Source of the DNA: Rhina ancylostomus | Taxonomy: Eukaryota | Reading direction: 5' to 3' | Length of the DNA stretch: 64,000 nt | NCBI GenBank assembly: GCA_030265395.1 | Contig: JARFYF010000063.1 | Location: forward strand, 87,828,592 to 87,892,591 | Shown here: positions 14,149-28,900 of the stretch, piece by piece | How the letters are laid out: every line of letters begins with the position of its first letter | Numbering within the stretch: the first letter of the stretch is position 1 | The notes under the pieces: model-generated | Databases searched by the model: none | The model's input: the letters and a program-made list of their open reading frames with translations, nothing else | Told to the model about the DNA's origin: nothing | Program-made: the position numbers and the translations under genes

Positions 14149-15474
14149 TTTTGTGTGCATACTGAACTTATCAGAAGTTAATTGATGAAAATAAATAAAG
14201 GTAGATTAAATAGTGCTCAGCTTTTTTCTTATCATTCCTTTGTACAGTATATTAAAGAAATTGACACCACTGACATCTGATTCACAGCATTGATGAGGGA
14301 GGTTACTCAGGCTATTTTAACTTAAGGACCTTCAAAACCTTACAGACTACCATATAGATTTTTATCTCCACTATCCTGCTGAGAAATCTATTCTACATAG
14401 ATTACCCTATGAGCAAAAAAGCAATCCCGTTCTTCATTTTGAACCTGTGCTGCCTTACATTGTTGGCTTTCCAGATTAAGCTTATGTCCCCATTATTGCT
14501 TCAAGTAGCTCAGCAGTAACTTGGATATATACAGTTTTTGTGGAGTAAGACATCCTAAGACAGTTTTAAGAAGTGTAATCAATTATATGTAGCATTAGCC
14601 ATAGAAGGATACAGCACGTGGCTACATATTTGGTCAAAGAGGCAGGTAGATTTTTTTTGAGCCAGAATGACAGATGTATGGGTAGGTTCAAACAATGCGA
14701 ATACTGCTCAAGTTCAAAAATCAGATTTATTCACTTCATGCTTTAAAAAGACAAAGGGAGTTCCTCTAATCCAGTTTCAAGGCAAAGGTTTCTCCAATCT
14801 TTCTGCTTTATTCAGTTCTCCGATACTTCTGGGTATCAGTCTATGGCTCTTCTCTGCTCTGCTTTCAGGACAACACAACCCTTGTGTCACATTGGTCAGA
14901 CTGTAGCTTTAGTATTGTGTCAAAGTATATTTTATCGTTGTTTGCCTATGGGTTAATGCTACATTTCAGCAATGTAACTGCTTTGATTACTGCTCCTTAG
15001 TGATTAGAATACCATGGCATCCATCCTTTTCTCTTTGAGCACTGGACAGTTCTTAAGCCCCAAATATTGGGCAGGAAGCAGTTACTTGTTATGAGCTGAA
15101 ATAGTGCTGTCATATTAGTAAAGATAAGAAAAATCAGCAGACAATGCCCTCATCTGAAATAGACATGAATCCCTTTGCTTATGCAAAGGCCACTAGGTTC
15201 CCATCTTACCCCGCAGCAGAGGCTACTAGTAAAAAGGGATGCTTCTGGTCTGTTTAAGGCACATTACAATTCTGGCTTGCCAAAAGGCTACTGACATTTA
15301 AGAAAAACAAGCCTACATACAAAATGACAATTGCTGGCAAATTTCATGGTGATTTACTGGCAGCTACAAAGGGTTGCTAATCTAAATACAGTAACTGCTT
15401 TACCATGGTGATCTATTTCAATTAAATGATCTGCAGATAATTCATCCAGATTCCCTGACTTGCCCTCTGAGGCA

Positions 15475-15995
15475 GGATTTGGAATACTGTGTTCAGTTTC
15501 GGTCACCCTGCTATAGGAATGATGCCATCAAGCTGGAAAGAGCACAGAGAAGGCTTATAAGGTTGTTGCCAGGACTTGAGGGACTGAGTTATGGAGAGAG
15601 GTTGAGCAGGTTGGGACTTTTTTCATTGGAGCTTTGGAGAATGAGGGGTGATCTTAGAGGTTTATAAGGAGCATAGATGGGGTCAATGTGCACAGTCTTT
15701 TTCCCAGGGTTGGGATTCAAGAACCAGAAGGCATAGATTTAAGGTGACAAGGGAAAGATTTAATAGAGACCAGAGGGGTAACTTTTTTTTTCACCCAGAG
15801 GATGGTCAATATATGGAATGAGCTGCCAGAGGAAGTGGTTGAGGCACGTACATTAAAAACATTTAAAAGGTACTTGGACAGGTACATGGATAAGAAAGGG
15901 ACATGGGCCAAATGCAGGCATGTGGGACTAGCTTAGATGGGAATCTTGGCTGGCATGAATCAGTTGGGCTGAAGGGCCTGTTGCCATATGCATGA
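15475..15995 (+). mobile_element. CR1 LINE 3' end
   Basis: LEYCVQFRSPCYRNDAIKLERAQRR...LGLFSLE is the classic CR1 ORF2 C-terminus; tail gggctgaagggcctgtt. Confidence 0.9.
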
Positions 15996-16464
15996 GACTA
16001 ACACAGGATGATGTCAGAGAATTGAAGTGACCAGCTCTTCCCCTCCAGTCACTACACAAGTTTGCATTGCCCTTTGCTGTCATAAGTGAAAGGAGATCTG
16101 TCCTTAAGCTGCAATGGAACTTTGGTTTCAACTTGTAATATATAGTAACTGCAATGCGTTGAGTCTACATTTAAAAATCTTTTCAGTCGTGGTGTTTGCA
16201 AAGGTTTTGGTTATGGAGTGATAAATGCTTAAGCCAAACGTTTGTGTCATTCCCTGCATCAGTTATTTATATTTAAGAGCAAATTGCCTATATCTCACTT
16301 GCTCTACTCCTTAAATATTTAAGGAATATTATTTAAGTCAGCTTCTAACAGCAAACAACAAAGCAAGTTTCTATAATATGCTTAATATGGAACTGGGGGT
16401 AAGTCAAAAGATCACATTCAAATCAAATCTGCTTCTCTGGCTCAATTCCTTCCTCTCAATGGAT

Positions 16465-16940
16465 ATGAACCACCATCCCTTGATGTTCCATTTCCATAAT
16501 GGAGTTCCCCATTCCCATCAACTGTCCCCCTCCCCCACTACACTATGGGCCAAATCTCCCATGCCCATGATGGACACCAATTCCGACGCCCATGGTGCTT
16601 CACAACTCACCATAATGAACCCCAATAATAGGCCATGCCTGATGGCTATTGTTTCCAGCATCCAATGATGGAACCCTCTGCAATCTTTCCTGATCACTCT
16701 TGTTATCTTTCCCATGTTACTCCTACTTCCTGATCCAAATGCACTGCCACCCTCATCTCTTTTCTCATCTACCAAAGGACCTCTGCATCACCTGAACTTT
16801 GCCAATGCAGCATCTTTGACTGGATGAAAATGAAGACAGAGTTGCAAATCAGGAGACACTCAAACCCCACCATTCAGACTCCCCAAGTAAGTGTTTGGAA
16901 CTGGATTTCAGCCCTTTATTCATTTCACTTGCAATCTCTT
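16465..16940 (+). mobile_element. Highly decayed Penelope-like fragment
   Basis: C-rich segment that looks collinear with the RT-to-GIY-YIG linker of the element at 37315-39950. Judged by eye only. Confidence 0.35.
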
Positions 16941-17501
16941 CCAAGTTCACTATCGCTTTCTAAGCAAGAATAGTTCTTGCTTTGATTCACAGTAAATTTC
17001 TTTATTTTGACTGCAGACCAATGCCAGCTGCGAGCTTCACAAATTTTGGTTATGTAAATCGTAAACATTCCAAATGCTGTCAGGACTACTTCCCTTCTTC
17101 TGCTATTAATTCCCAACAAGAACCAGGGGCTGACAATCCATCTACTCAGTGTACTTTTTTAATGCAGATGGAATAACTTTGTTAAATGCCTCTGTACTTG
17201 TGTTGATCAATTTTCAAGGTCAGCACATAAAATAAGTGAAGGTGCTTAAAGCAAACCACTTACAGCCGTGAAGAGGCCAAAAGACACAAATTGTAAAAAC
17301 CTCAACAATCCCCACTATCACCAACCTCCCAAGATGCATCATATTCCAGATCTTCCCCCACAATCACAGACTCCCAGCCCTCTGAATTACACACTAACCT
17401 ATCCCACCCCATCACCATGATCTCTAACCTCACTGGTGATGGGATTTACCTGACTCTCAAAGGGTTGGGGAGGGCAAAGGGAACCATGGACTAGCCTAAT
17501 A

Positions 17502-17791
17502 CAGGCTGTCCTCACTTCTGGACACCATTAATATGAACAAGTTCCCATAATATTATCAAATTCAAAGGTCCAACTTAACTACATATGTTCATTCCTACAA
17601 TCAACAGATTTCCTCAGAACAGTTTCCTCTTTCTCCACTTTTAGTAATTGTTCTTTCTTATCAGTCTTGTGCTTTTGATGCCATTCATTACAATGCTGTA
17701 GAGGTATATTTACCATAAGAGTGATTTTTGTATTTTCTGATTTATGGACATCTGTAAAAATGGAACCTGTTTGTAACCTAGGTACAGCCTG
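17502..17791. mobile_element. Tc1/mariner (Tigger/pogo-like) MITE
   Basis: TA|CAGGCTGT at 17500-17509 and ACAGCCTG|TA at 17784-17793: terminal inverted repeats with TA duplication; about 290 bp, non-coding. Confidence 0.7.
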
Positions 17792-19198
17792 TAGGAACAT
17801 TTAGAAGTGCTATGCATCTGAGGGTAGTTAGATATCTAAGGTAGGGAGCACAGCAAGATATGGTGTTGGAAACAGGGTGCTACAAAAACACTTCTGGATG
17901 TTCATCCACATGAATTGCTACAAATTCATTTTTGTATTAACTTTGAGATGAAGCTATGAATTTTTATTTTCAGAAAGCTTGTCAGATATCTTGAGTACAT
18001 AGTGCAGTTCTGGACAACATTGAAGATAAATTACCTTGTAAGAGGCTTCAATGCTGTGAAGGTCTTTGGGGTGTTTTGCTTTATTACAGTGCTATATAAA
18101 TTTAAGATTTTGTTGTTGGTTATAGGAACTTAATGATTGTCCATTAGGTGATTTGTCACTTTAAGTGGTCAACTACAGACATAAGTAATACCTCTGAATT
18201 TCCAATGAAACACAAAGCATCACAGAACAAATTAAAAATGGTAAGACAATAAAACAATCAAAATCATCAAGAGTACTTATATTGTCAGATTTGAACACTA
18301 ATAATTTTCCAAACCTATTTCATATAAACATTATTAAAGAATTATTTTAGATATACATTCAGTTAACAACACAAGATGATAGTAGTAAAATTTAAAAGCA
18401 GGTCAGTTATGGGATCTCAACACACTGTGCATTATAGGGTGAAGCAATTTAAAAATCAACAATTATAAAGAAATGAGGCCATACATTACACCCAAATAAT
18501 GGAGCAACAATAAGTGATCAGCCCTGGGTTTGTTTCAGCATAGTAAAGTTCTGTTTTGAGTTTACGTCAAATTGCTGTGATTGCCATTAAGCCTTGCCAT
18601 CTGGCAGGAAGGGGCAATTTTACTCTGGAGGAAAAAGTACAAAAATTATTTCATTCAATTCTTAACTATCAGGAATTCTCTTCAACTTACAAACAATTTC
18701 ATTAACTGCACTGTGAAATCACTTAACAGAAACTTTGAGATCAAATTCAATTTAACATTAGGAATTCTGTTTACCTTATCAATTTTATAGTACCATTAAT
18801 CCACAGCATTTCACCAGCCACAGCCCTAACTTCAATAGCAGCACTGTAATGAGACTAAAGCAGGACTGCTGGTGATAGACATAAGCTCTGATGGGTGGTG
18901 CCAAACATAGTTTACTAAGCGTAGGTGGGCAGAGAGCTCAGTGAGCAACTCCAACTCGTTGACTTGCATAGCTGCATATCAGCCATTAATGTCTTGTCAA
19001 CTGGGAGCTTTAGAATTTGATTTGGAAGCTTCAATTCTTTGTCCTTTTAGTCAGTACTACTTCCAAATTTCCACCTCACCACAATGCTGTGTGAAATCTT
19101 TGTGTCATTAATTAATCACCAGTTGTATTCTCCACTCCCTCCTCACCTTCCACTCCAAAATGGGACAGTTTGTAAAGGACAGTGCCAAAGCAGGTTTG

Positions 19199-19204
19199 TT
19201 TATT
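19199..19204 (-). promoter_or_regulatory. Candidate APLF polyadenylation signal (AATAAA)
   Basis: First canonical AATAAA I found on the minus strand after the stop codon, about 550 nt downstream. Usage unverified. Confidence 0.4.
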
Positions 19205-19751
19205 AATGGCCATGTGCAAACATTCAACAGAAGTTTGAACACTAGCAACAAAGTAAAATTCTTATCATTTTTCTTCCCCTCTTTTCATACCTGTTATGAG
19301 TTTTCGTTATTTAAAGAAATTAGACTTTGTTTTACACAAATTTCCAAAAACCATGAACTGTGGGTTACTTCAGCATCTCATTTGTTGCTTGGGGGAGTAA
19401 TGCTGCAACAAAAGCTCATCAGAAATAAATGCTTCATTTCTTCCAGTGCAAAGGCAAACAGTTCTAACATATGGAAATTTCTCACCTGCTCCAACGACAT
19501 TGTAAACTTTAGGCTCTTGTACTCATTTCTGTAGTGACCAACAAATGTGCTCAAATTCCATTTAGACTTATTCAGCTTCTGAACTAATAATCATTTCAAA
19601 CTGATAGAAGATAATTGAATTCCATAAGTAAAATATTAAGTAGCTAGAAGTACTGAACTGTAACAGGAACTCCAGCTATCAAATGTTATTTTCAGTGCAA
19701 TAGAAGGAATCCAAAATTAGTGCTCAAGGTTAAAAATGAAAAGTACCATTT

Positions 19752-19948
19752 TTAACGTCTGTTTACAAATCTATTAGCTTCTTTTTTTAATGTTTCAATA
19801 TCTTCATTGATATCTGAACTTGGTTCCCAATCAGAATCTTCATCCGTAGGATCCAGATCATCCTCTTCATCATCAATAAAACTGTCATCCAGATCATATT
19901 GGCTGGGCTCACCATCATCTTCGCTCTCATTATCCAATGCACTTTTAC
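19752..19948 (-). CDS. APLF: APLF exon 10 (acidic histone-chaperone tail, stop codon)
   Basis: tttgcttag|GT AAA AGT...; KSALDNESEDDGEPSQYDLDDSFIDDEEDDLDPTDEDSDWEP...LKKEANRFVNRR*; TAA at 19754-19752. Confidence 0.96.
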
Positions 19949-22900
19949 CTAAGCAAAGGAAAACATTTCCAAACCATTATTTATTGACAGACAACTACTT
20001 TTATATCAGAATATTTGCCACATCTCCGGCAAATCTAAGTGCTTTCGTATGTGCCTAACGTTCACGTAGATATGCACCATTCAGGAAGATTTAAAGCCTA
20101 GATTACAAACTGGTATGGGGGTGGGGAATGGATGGACAGATGACAATTACACCCTGGCAACTGAAACAAACTTAAATATTTAGCAACTTGTAAAATGTAA
20201 TTTTCAGTTGATGACGACTCTTCCATAGGTTTTCCATAATTGCATCATGCCTACTTCTAAGGAGTTAGATTTGATTCCTGTATCAATAAACTTGCCTAGA
20301 AAATACCTGTCAATTTTAGACTTAAATTCCAATTGACTGTACATTCTCAGCTTTTTGGGAAAAGCAAGTCTTTTTTTGTGAATTCACTCCTAAATGATTT
20401 GGCCATAATTTTGAGATTCTTTCCCTCGTTCCAAATTTCTTCCACTCAAAAAAAGCTCTTGGCATCTGCTTTGAAGAATCTTTTTATTTTACAGGTCCCA
20501 ATTAAATCAAATAAATTACCCTGAAACTTTTAAACTCAAGATAGAATTTGCTTACATAAGTATCTTAATAATTCAATCCTTTAGGACATAGCATAATTTT
20601 TATGAATCAAATAAATAATAATCCAAAAACAACACATCTTTCCTATGATTCTATATTTAAATCTGAATATAGTGGTCCAAATGGAGAGGTTGACTAAAGC
20701 CCAGTACGATTCATGTTACATTTCCTTTGGGCCAAGTTCCTGAAGATAAAAGGCAGCATTCTTTTAAACACTTATTACTTTTTCTATATCTGTGTATTAG
20801 CTTTTATTGATGAGAACAGAGATGTCTGAATATCTCTGCACCCCCACAGTTCTTAATCTCCACATTAAGTATTTTGATTTGTCATTCTGGGATCCAAAAT
20901 AATAATCCAACACTGTCCACATTTGACCTCCACATTTTTACCCACTCACTTAATCTATTTATCTCTATGTAATTTGCTCTTGTCTGTGCAACTTATTCCA
21001 TGGTTCTTCAGTGTCAACTACAAACAGGGATATGTAACACTTCATTCCTTAATCGATCATTAAAAAAGATGGGGGGGAAAAAATCCAACGTCCCATTGCA
21101 GATCCCTGTGGAACATCTCTTGCCACCCTCCATTAGAGTGCATTATTTCCTATTGTCCAATCATTGCTACTGTTTTTTTCATTTGCTGTGGTGCCTGACC
21201 AGTTGTATAGTTAATTTTGAAAATGCTTAGCTTCCTTGCTTTTTCATTACTTGTGCCATTTGCCAAGTCAGACTATCTTTATAATTAGTTTTGATATGCA
21301 TTCCTTTGTAAAGATTAGAAACAATAAGGACCCAGGTATTCAATGTTTTTTGCCCAAAGGCATTACATGTCTTGGGAATACCTCGATTCTTTAACCCCAT
21401 TGTTGTCCACTTCATGTTAAACTTTTTAAAAAAAAACAAACAGGAGTTATCCCTCTTGGAGGCTGATGCAATTTAAAGTGTGACTTAGCATCTTATACTT
21501 GCACTGGTAAACTGTCTTTAATTTGATAATTAAAAAAAACAATAATATATAGGACAGGATGCAGCTTTCCACAATTTGTAGTCTAGGAAAAAGGAAATAA
21601 TTAAGAAAAAACTATAATTTGCTCTTGCATTTACTTAAATAACAGATGTAACACTTCCTTTGCAAATCTGGTAAATTATTAAGCAGGTACCTTGCCTGCT
21701 GTGAGGAAAGTAAAGTCCATAAGCATATCTGGACAACTTGTATGGCTTAGAGTAGTGCAACGATAACCAATAAGTTGTATTTGCATAATGTTTTTCACAT
21801 GCTCAGGATGTTTCAAGTCCTTCAAAGCCAACGAGTGTAGTCACTGTTGTAGAAAGATACGGCAGACAAATTGTGCACAGCAAGATTCCACAAACTTGGA
21901 ATAAGTTGTGTAGGTGGAAGCAGCTTGTCACAGAGGACATAAATAGGTTAAGTAAATGAGAGTGAGATGAGCAGCTAATCTCTTGATGGTGCTGAAAAAT
22001 TAACACAAAAATCAACCTCAGAATACTTAAAAATAATTCCATACCTTTCTGAGCAACTTGTCTTCTTGGTCTTCTTAACTTACTTTCTAAAATTAAAATA
22101 TTACCACACAAGTCTAAACAAATTTATTGAGAACAAAAATTGAAGACACCTGAATCTCAAAATAAAATACCATGAAACACAGCGCTACTGCATGCTATAA
22201 AATGGCTACTTAGCTCATGGGTGATGAAATTACATCATTAATTAATGCAGAAAGCCTTTCCACTTATTAATGGCCATAATGGATAATTCTCTCATTAACA
22301 AGCAATGTCAATACAGTGGGTTAAGACCAAAACTACTCATCTTTCACTGTCTATGTTTGAATCTTTCATTGATGATTACAATCTTCTCTTTGCTGGCTTT
22401 AAAAGTATCTATATGAAACAGGCTTAAGCAGTCTTAGCTCAATTCCTGTTGGCCTTGGGCACAAAGAACAAAACTGGCCCCAATTTAGCAGTTACTGGCA
22501 GTGTCCCTAAGGGAAGCTGTGAAGATGGAAAACATCAAGAAATGGAAAAATATTTGCACTGATGCAGCACAGACTGTTTGTCTGAAGATGGGTTAAATTA
22601 CCTTGTTGGAGAATTACTCTACATCTGGCTGTAATAATCTTGGCCTAGAAGTGCATGATTCTTAGATTAAGTGCTCAGATGAAAAAAAATCAAACTCCTC
22701 CATTCTGGCATTCTTTTCTATGTTCACCATTATCCAATAAACCTTTATAACATCCCTGATCACAAAATATAATTAGCAATACCCCTTAGGGGCTCACTAT
22801 CATTTTCCAGCTTTTGGTCTCATTAATTTTAATTTGCATGTTAAAAAATTTTCAAAAAATTGGATTAGTACTACTCCCTTAAAGCGAACACCAATAAATG

Positions 22901-25900
22901 ATAAAACATGCTGATTTACATAAATTGTTACAATAATTGAACAAATGCAAAATATTATAACTAAAGAAATTTGAGATACTACACTTTATCCACAAGGATA
23001 GCAATTAATTTGTAAATTCATTAAACAGAATGTAAATTTTAACATAATTCATTTTTCCAGTTCCTGTCAAATCTATCTTTTAGTATTCTGTTAGAAAAAG
23101 CAATTTGGGATTTCATTTTATGAAAAATGGTTTTTGGATTTTCTATACAAAATTCTTTGCAATAGCAATCAATTCATCAAACATTTTATATTGTGAGGAG
23201 GGAAATTTTGGGTAAATGTCCACTAGGCATACTATTTTGTAACCTGCTATTAAGTATCGAAAATTTCCAGCACACAAGTTTGTAAAATATAAATCAAAAT
23301 GAGAAAAAGAAAGTTCCAATATCTAACATAATTAATGGTNNNNNNNNNNNNNNNNNNNNAATACAGCATGCTCAGGACCTGGGTGTTGCTGGATTGGTAG
23401 ATTTTCTGAACTAGATGTTATTTCTATTAATACCTCAATATTCTGAATTCACACTTAAAATATTACACAGTTTGATGATTTTGTCAGTGAACCAGGTGAG
23501 TGGAAACAGCTCATGGATCGGGACCCTGGTGAATGGAAAGGGAGATTGGAAAATGTTACCTGGTGAGCCACGATGCTGAACCGTTGGAATTTCCAGATAG
23601 TTAATATGTAAGAATTTCACTGCCTTTTGAAAAATCAGTACAATTACGACAGTGTGGCAAAGATTTAAAAGAGAATGTTTTTGCAGTCTGTGTGTTATGC
23701 GAGGGACAGTGTACACTATGTATACCAACTACTATGGTAAAAAGAAAATCCATACCTAAATCAAGATGCCAATAAACTGTAAATAAATTAGATCAATTCT
23801 GTTTATAGGATACAGAAATCAACGTTACCTGGAGACCGAGTGTGCTTGTATTCCTTCTTGTGCTGTGGGTTTTTCCTTCAAAATGACACAACACATTTTA
23901 AGTTGCCATTAATTCTGGATACTACATGTCAGAATGGTTTAAAGTTCACAAATGACACTTGTCTACTTTGTAACAAATCATTTTTGTAATTTTTCTCCCT
24001 ACTCCTACTCTGAAGGCATTTTACCTTGATTGGGTTCTGTTCCCATCTAACAGTACACAAGTCCAGCAAACCAGGGTTCAATCTCTACCTCCTCTGATGG
24101 CTATGTGGAGTTTGCACATTCTCTCACTGACTGCTTGCATTTCCCAAAGTATATCAGTTTCACTCTAAAGTATACTTAAAGTCATGTGGTTGAAGATTAA
24201 TTAGTCACTGTAAATTGTCCCAATGTATAGGTGAGTGCTAGAATGTGGCAGTCGGAATGTGTGGAATAAAAAGTGAATTGGTTTAAATGGGTACTCGATA
24301 GTCAGTGGGCTGATAATCCTACTTCAGTGCTGCACAACTCTAACAACTCCATTCCAGAGAATGGAATGATTAGCTTATGAAATGAGTGGATTACAAAGAT
24401 TATTCTATATCTAGGTGAAAACTGGGGTGCAAAATGATGAATGAGATCGTGTTGGGTCACTATTTTGCAACATATGATAAAATTTCTTTGCAGAGAGATA
24501 ATAAGTAAATAATATACACCTACAATAGTTTTACATATAGGTACTTTTTAGCTGCCTGATCTGAATATTTTCAGCATTTTTCAATTCTGATTTCTAGCAA
24601 CTACAATATTTAGCTTTTGGAATAAAGAATTGCTTAGTGGAGGTGGATATGATAGGGTCTTTTAAAAGACTGTTGGATAGGTACATGGAGCTGAGAAAAC
24701 TATAGAGGGCTATGGGTAAGCCTAGTAATTTCTAGGGTAGGGACATGTTTGGCACAGCTTTGTGGGCTGAAGGGCCTGAATTGTGCTGTAGTTTTTCTAT
24801 GTTCTATGATTTCAGTAATTATGAGGGAATACTGGAGGTATCCAATTCAAACAATTCCCTGAAAATAATCTGAATGATTAAAATGAAAATGGCTTTAAAT
24901 TAGAGCAGACAAGTGAGGACAAAGACATTGTTGTAGAAATTACCAACCTGTAACAAGCAGTACCAAAAGGACACTCTGGTTTGTTGTCATCATCCACTTC
25001 TCCACCTAATGGGTCTTCATAATCTGAATCTCCAGGATGACTAAACTCTTGAAAATGAACTGGATTCTTCCTTTGCAGGGTTTTAAAAAAAAAAGTTGCA
25101 TTTAATGCAAACACTTAAAACATTAGTGTTGTACTTTGGAAATACCTGAACAGTTTGAAATATTTTTGTGATCTTGTGTTTAAAAGCTAATTAAGGTTAG
25201 AGTTTTAATTGGAGGTAGCAAACAGATGAGAACATTTCAAAACCACATGGAAAATCTCTATTTACTAAATTTATTAATTTACTATTTCACTGTTGTATCA
25301 CCCATTAGATGGTGAGAATGTGTTTCTGGTTTATTATAAATCCTTCAAATAGCATAAACAGAAGTGACATTAACAGTAAGAACTTGCAATCTTGACTAGA
25401 ATTCATAATATCCAAGTAGCAAACATTTAAGTCAAGAAACATCAAAACAGTCACAAAACGTTCGTTTCTACCTTCATACAAGAGGGATATTTGATATGAA
25501 AGCAAGGTTGAAATGATCAAATAAAGCAGATTTGACATCTTTATAGTTTCTGAATTAATTAAAAACAGCTGGTGTAGCAAACTATGCTTGCAATGTATAG
25601 ATCTGTCTTGTTGGAAAAACTTCCAAACTATCCCAAATCCAAGATCAGATTTGTTTCCCAAATAAATCCAAGCAACTCTAATGAGTAGACACTTCAATTT
25701 TAAAATTTAAGTTCCATACCACAATCTACCTTTTGAACTTGCTTAACTATTTCAAAATGTTATATGATGAACACACCCCTTCTGAACTGCAAATATGTTC
25801 AGGATCTAAGATTCATTTTTAACCATATTCTGAGGTACATTTATGCACTCATTTAACAGAAAATTAAGTAAATTTACACAGCAACCTCTCAAAGTATGGT

Positions 25901-28900
25901 TTTTAAAGCCTCAAATTGTTGATTATTTGGCAACATTGATCTCTGCACCTTTCTTCCTCCAGATTCTATCTAATTTATTTTTGTTTTCTCTCACCTGCTT
26001 CATCTCTGCACCCATCATCACCATTTCCACCAAACCACCTCACTTCTTAGCCATTTCATTTTGATTCCAAGCTGAAACTAAATTTTTAGTATTCTTCTCT
26101 AGATGCTCCCCTCAATGGTCTGTTTTGTTACTTAATAGCCAATTTATAAACCATAGTCTCCCACTCTCTCATGAGTAAAAGATTTTACTCATCACATTGA
26201 GTGACTTCCCCAATAAACTTACCTTTTAATTTTTTTTGAATTGTATTGACTTAGTACTTCTGATTCTCACCAACTCCTGACGTTATAACTTGTTACCTTT
26301 ATCCTTATAATTACTATGGGATACATTTCTTAAATCATGTTTGCAGCTTTTTTTTTTAAGATGCTCCACCGTGTGTAAAAATCAATGAAAAATACATTCT
26401 GGGAAGGTACTACCACAGTGAACAGTCTGTCAATTGTGCAAATAATCAAAACTGCTTGAAGATTTTGAGGTCTCAAAGAGCAGTTTGGGAGCACTAGAGC
26501 CAAATCTTGTTATTACTACTTTAATGAGATCCATTTGGCATCTCTTTATTCCATCGATGAAGGTGGATGTTGAGAGCATAAATCATCAAATGTTTAAAAC
26601 ATCTATTAAATTTAAATGAACCTTGGGTGAATGTGGATAGGTTAGAAGGCTAATGTTTTACAGTACTAATCCAGAAGTTGTGCAATTATTTCATAAGTGG
26701 ACAAATTACTTGTCATTAAATTTTGAATTGTACTGAAATTTCTCTTTATTCCTACTTTTTTTAGCCTACACAAGGTGTGGTTAGGGTTGGCAATTGTTGC
26801 TAATCCTCAGCCCTTTCAGCAGTTAAGAATTAACCATTTGCCTTCTCGTATGCCATTCCTATTTCCCATCCACATTAACTATTTTTCTGGTGTAATTACA
26901 ACCTCTTCTCCCCTCTGCATGCTGTTGTCCTCAATTCTCTTTGACATTCTTTCCTATTTAAGTCATATAATTTGTTCCATGCTCTTATACATTCCACGGT
27001 TCAAGAACAATCTCAGATCCATCACTGAATATGTATCTTAGCACTCTTACTTGCCCACCTTGCCATCCTATCGCTGCAAAGACAAGCTGCTTCCTCCCTT
27101 ACCAATCACTGCTTAGTTCTGCTGTTGTTGGCTGGATAATCTCCACGCTAAACATCACCCACTCCAGCCAGGTTGCCCATTTCTTTATGGGAATCTAACA
27201 GTCTGGTTTTAAACCACTACAGACAATTGCTAACTCTAAATGAAAGTCTCAATACCACTCTTGTTAATGTAGAATAGGGATGCACATGTGGATTCTGGGA
27301 GCTATAACCTGCCAGCTTAAGGCTCTTCGGCAAACATTTTTGGATCTGGAAACCTGCATGGATTACAAGCTCTTGTCTCTTAAAAACAGATCTTCATTCC
27401 TTGAGGCATTTCCTTACCAAGCTTAATCACTTACTCATGAACTGTGGAATTTCTTTATCATGTTGCAGACTGTATTTCCAGTAAGTATACAATATAGAGA
27501 AGCCATAAATGATTTTTTTTTTAAAAATTGATCTAAAAAACATTGATTTGCTTCACAAGTCCTTTCTAAATGTAAATTTTGCCATCTGCTTGGATTTGAA
27601 GTATTGTTTTCAGGTCTCAGCAGTTGCTGTTGGAGGTTAGTATATTCACTTATTTTACACCATTGAAATAAAACACAGAACTACTCCAATGTGCATATAG
27701 TATACCTTTCTATGTAGATGATAGTTACCTGTAACAATTACTTCCATATACACATGCTCTCTTCTTTTGCTCTTTAGCTTGAGATGCACTTGTACTTCCT
27801 GCTGGCTCTGTCTTTTCAAGTCTTGGGCTTCTGTTTTTACAATGAGAATCTTGTATTTGTGTGTGCTGCAGCTGTTCCTGCTCACATGGTCTACAGAGCA
27901 ATCCCACTTCCTCCTCCTCATCATCATCACTCATTGCCCAGTTGCTTACTTCATGCACTTTCTGTGGGCCACAATCATCTTCGCTTCTGCTTTCAACATC
28001 GTCAAGCTTCCAGTTCCTCTCAGTCTGAGAAGGTGTGCTGAATTGGTTCTTTATTTCTCCTTTCCTTTCCACATAAGTGGAATTTGTTCCAAAATTATTC
28101 TCTGTAGTATTGCCCTGGGAAACAAAAAAATTGCAACCATCTGTTACTGAGAGTATTTACTCATTTTACATGCAAAAGCAACATATCTATACATTGAACC
28201 TATTACATAAGAAAATATTCCAAAACATCATGTATAGTTTAACGTCAGACTTTACTAATGATTTTCAGGATGGTGAGCAATTGGCTTTACATATCTTTTA
28301 AAGGAGAAATGAAGTAGGGAAACAAATATTTGAGGAAAATCCAAGGATTTTCCAGGAGGAGAGATAACTATAAAAGATAAAAGGGCCACTGTTGGAGGAT
28401 CTCTCACTGTCTGAAGGGCCGGAGGAGACCACATAGAGGAATGAAGGGTCTAAAAAGTAACTTCAACGTAACAGTGAGAATGTTAAAATTACACATGCTT
28501 AACCAAGAACCACAATGATCAGCAAGAATAGGGATGACAAACGAACAGAAAAAGTTTTAATTTCTTCACTGAAACTAAAACTTTCATTGAGAGGTGGCTC
28601 ATGAGCTATGATCCACATTTTGCAGGATCTCATCCTGGACCTTGATTGTTATAGGATGTAGTTGCTCCACAGCTGCAGATTATTAGAGGACCCCTAGCTA
28701 GAAAATGCTAAGTGAAAATTACATCCTTTCAAAAACTTCTGTGTCACTGATAACTTTGAGCTCAACCTTTTGAATATGTGCATTTGCAAATCCATTAGCA
28801 TACTGCAGCTCAATGACTGAATTTGAGATGACCTTAGTTCAAGAGTGGAGGTGATATTGGATGAACAGTGTTCCATTTGAGCTGCAGTTTAGCTTGACTT

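Noticed and set aside
19807-20058. Ser-rich plus-strand ORF
   Set aside because: Antisense shadow of the Asp/Glu-rich APLF exon 10.
27767-28150. Plus-strand ORFs including a PPPHHHHS tract
   Set aside because: Antisense shadow of the acidic SDDDEEEE stretch in APLF exon 7.
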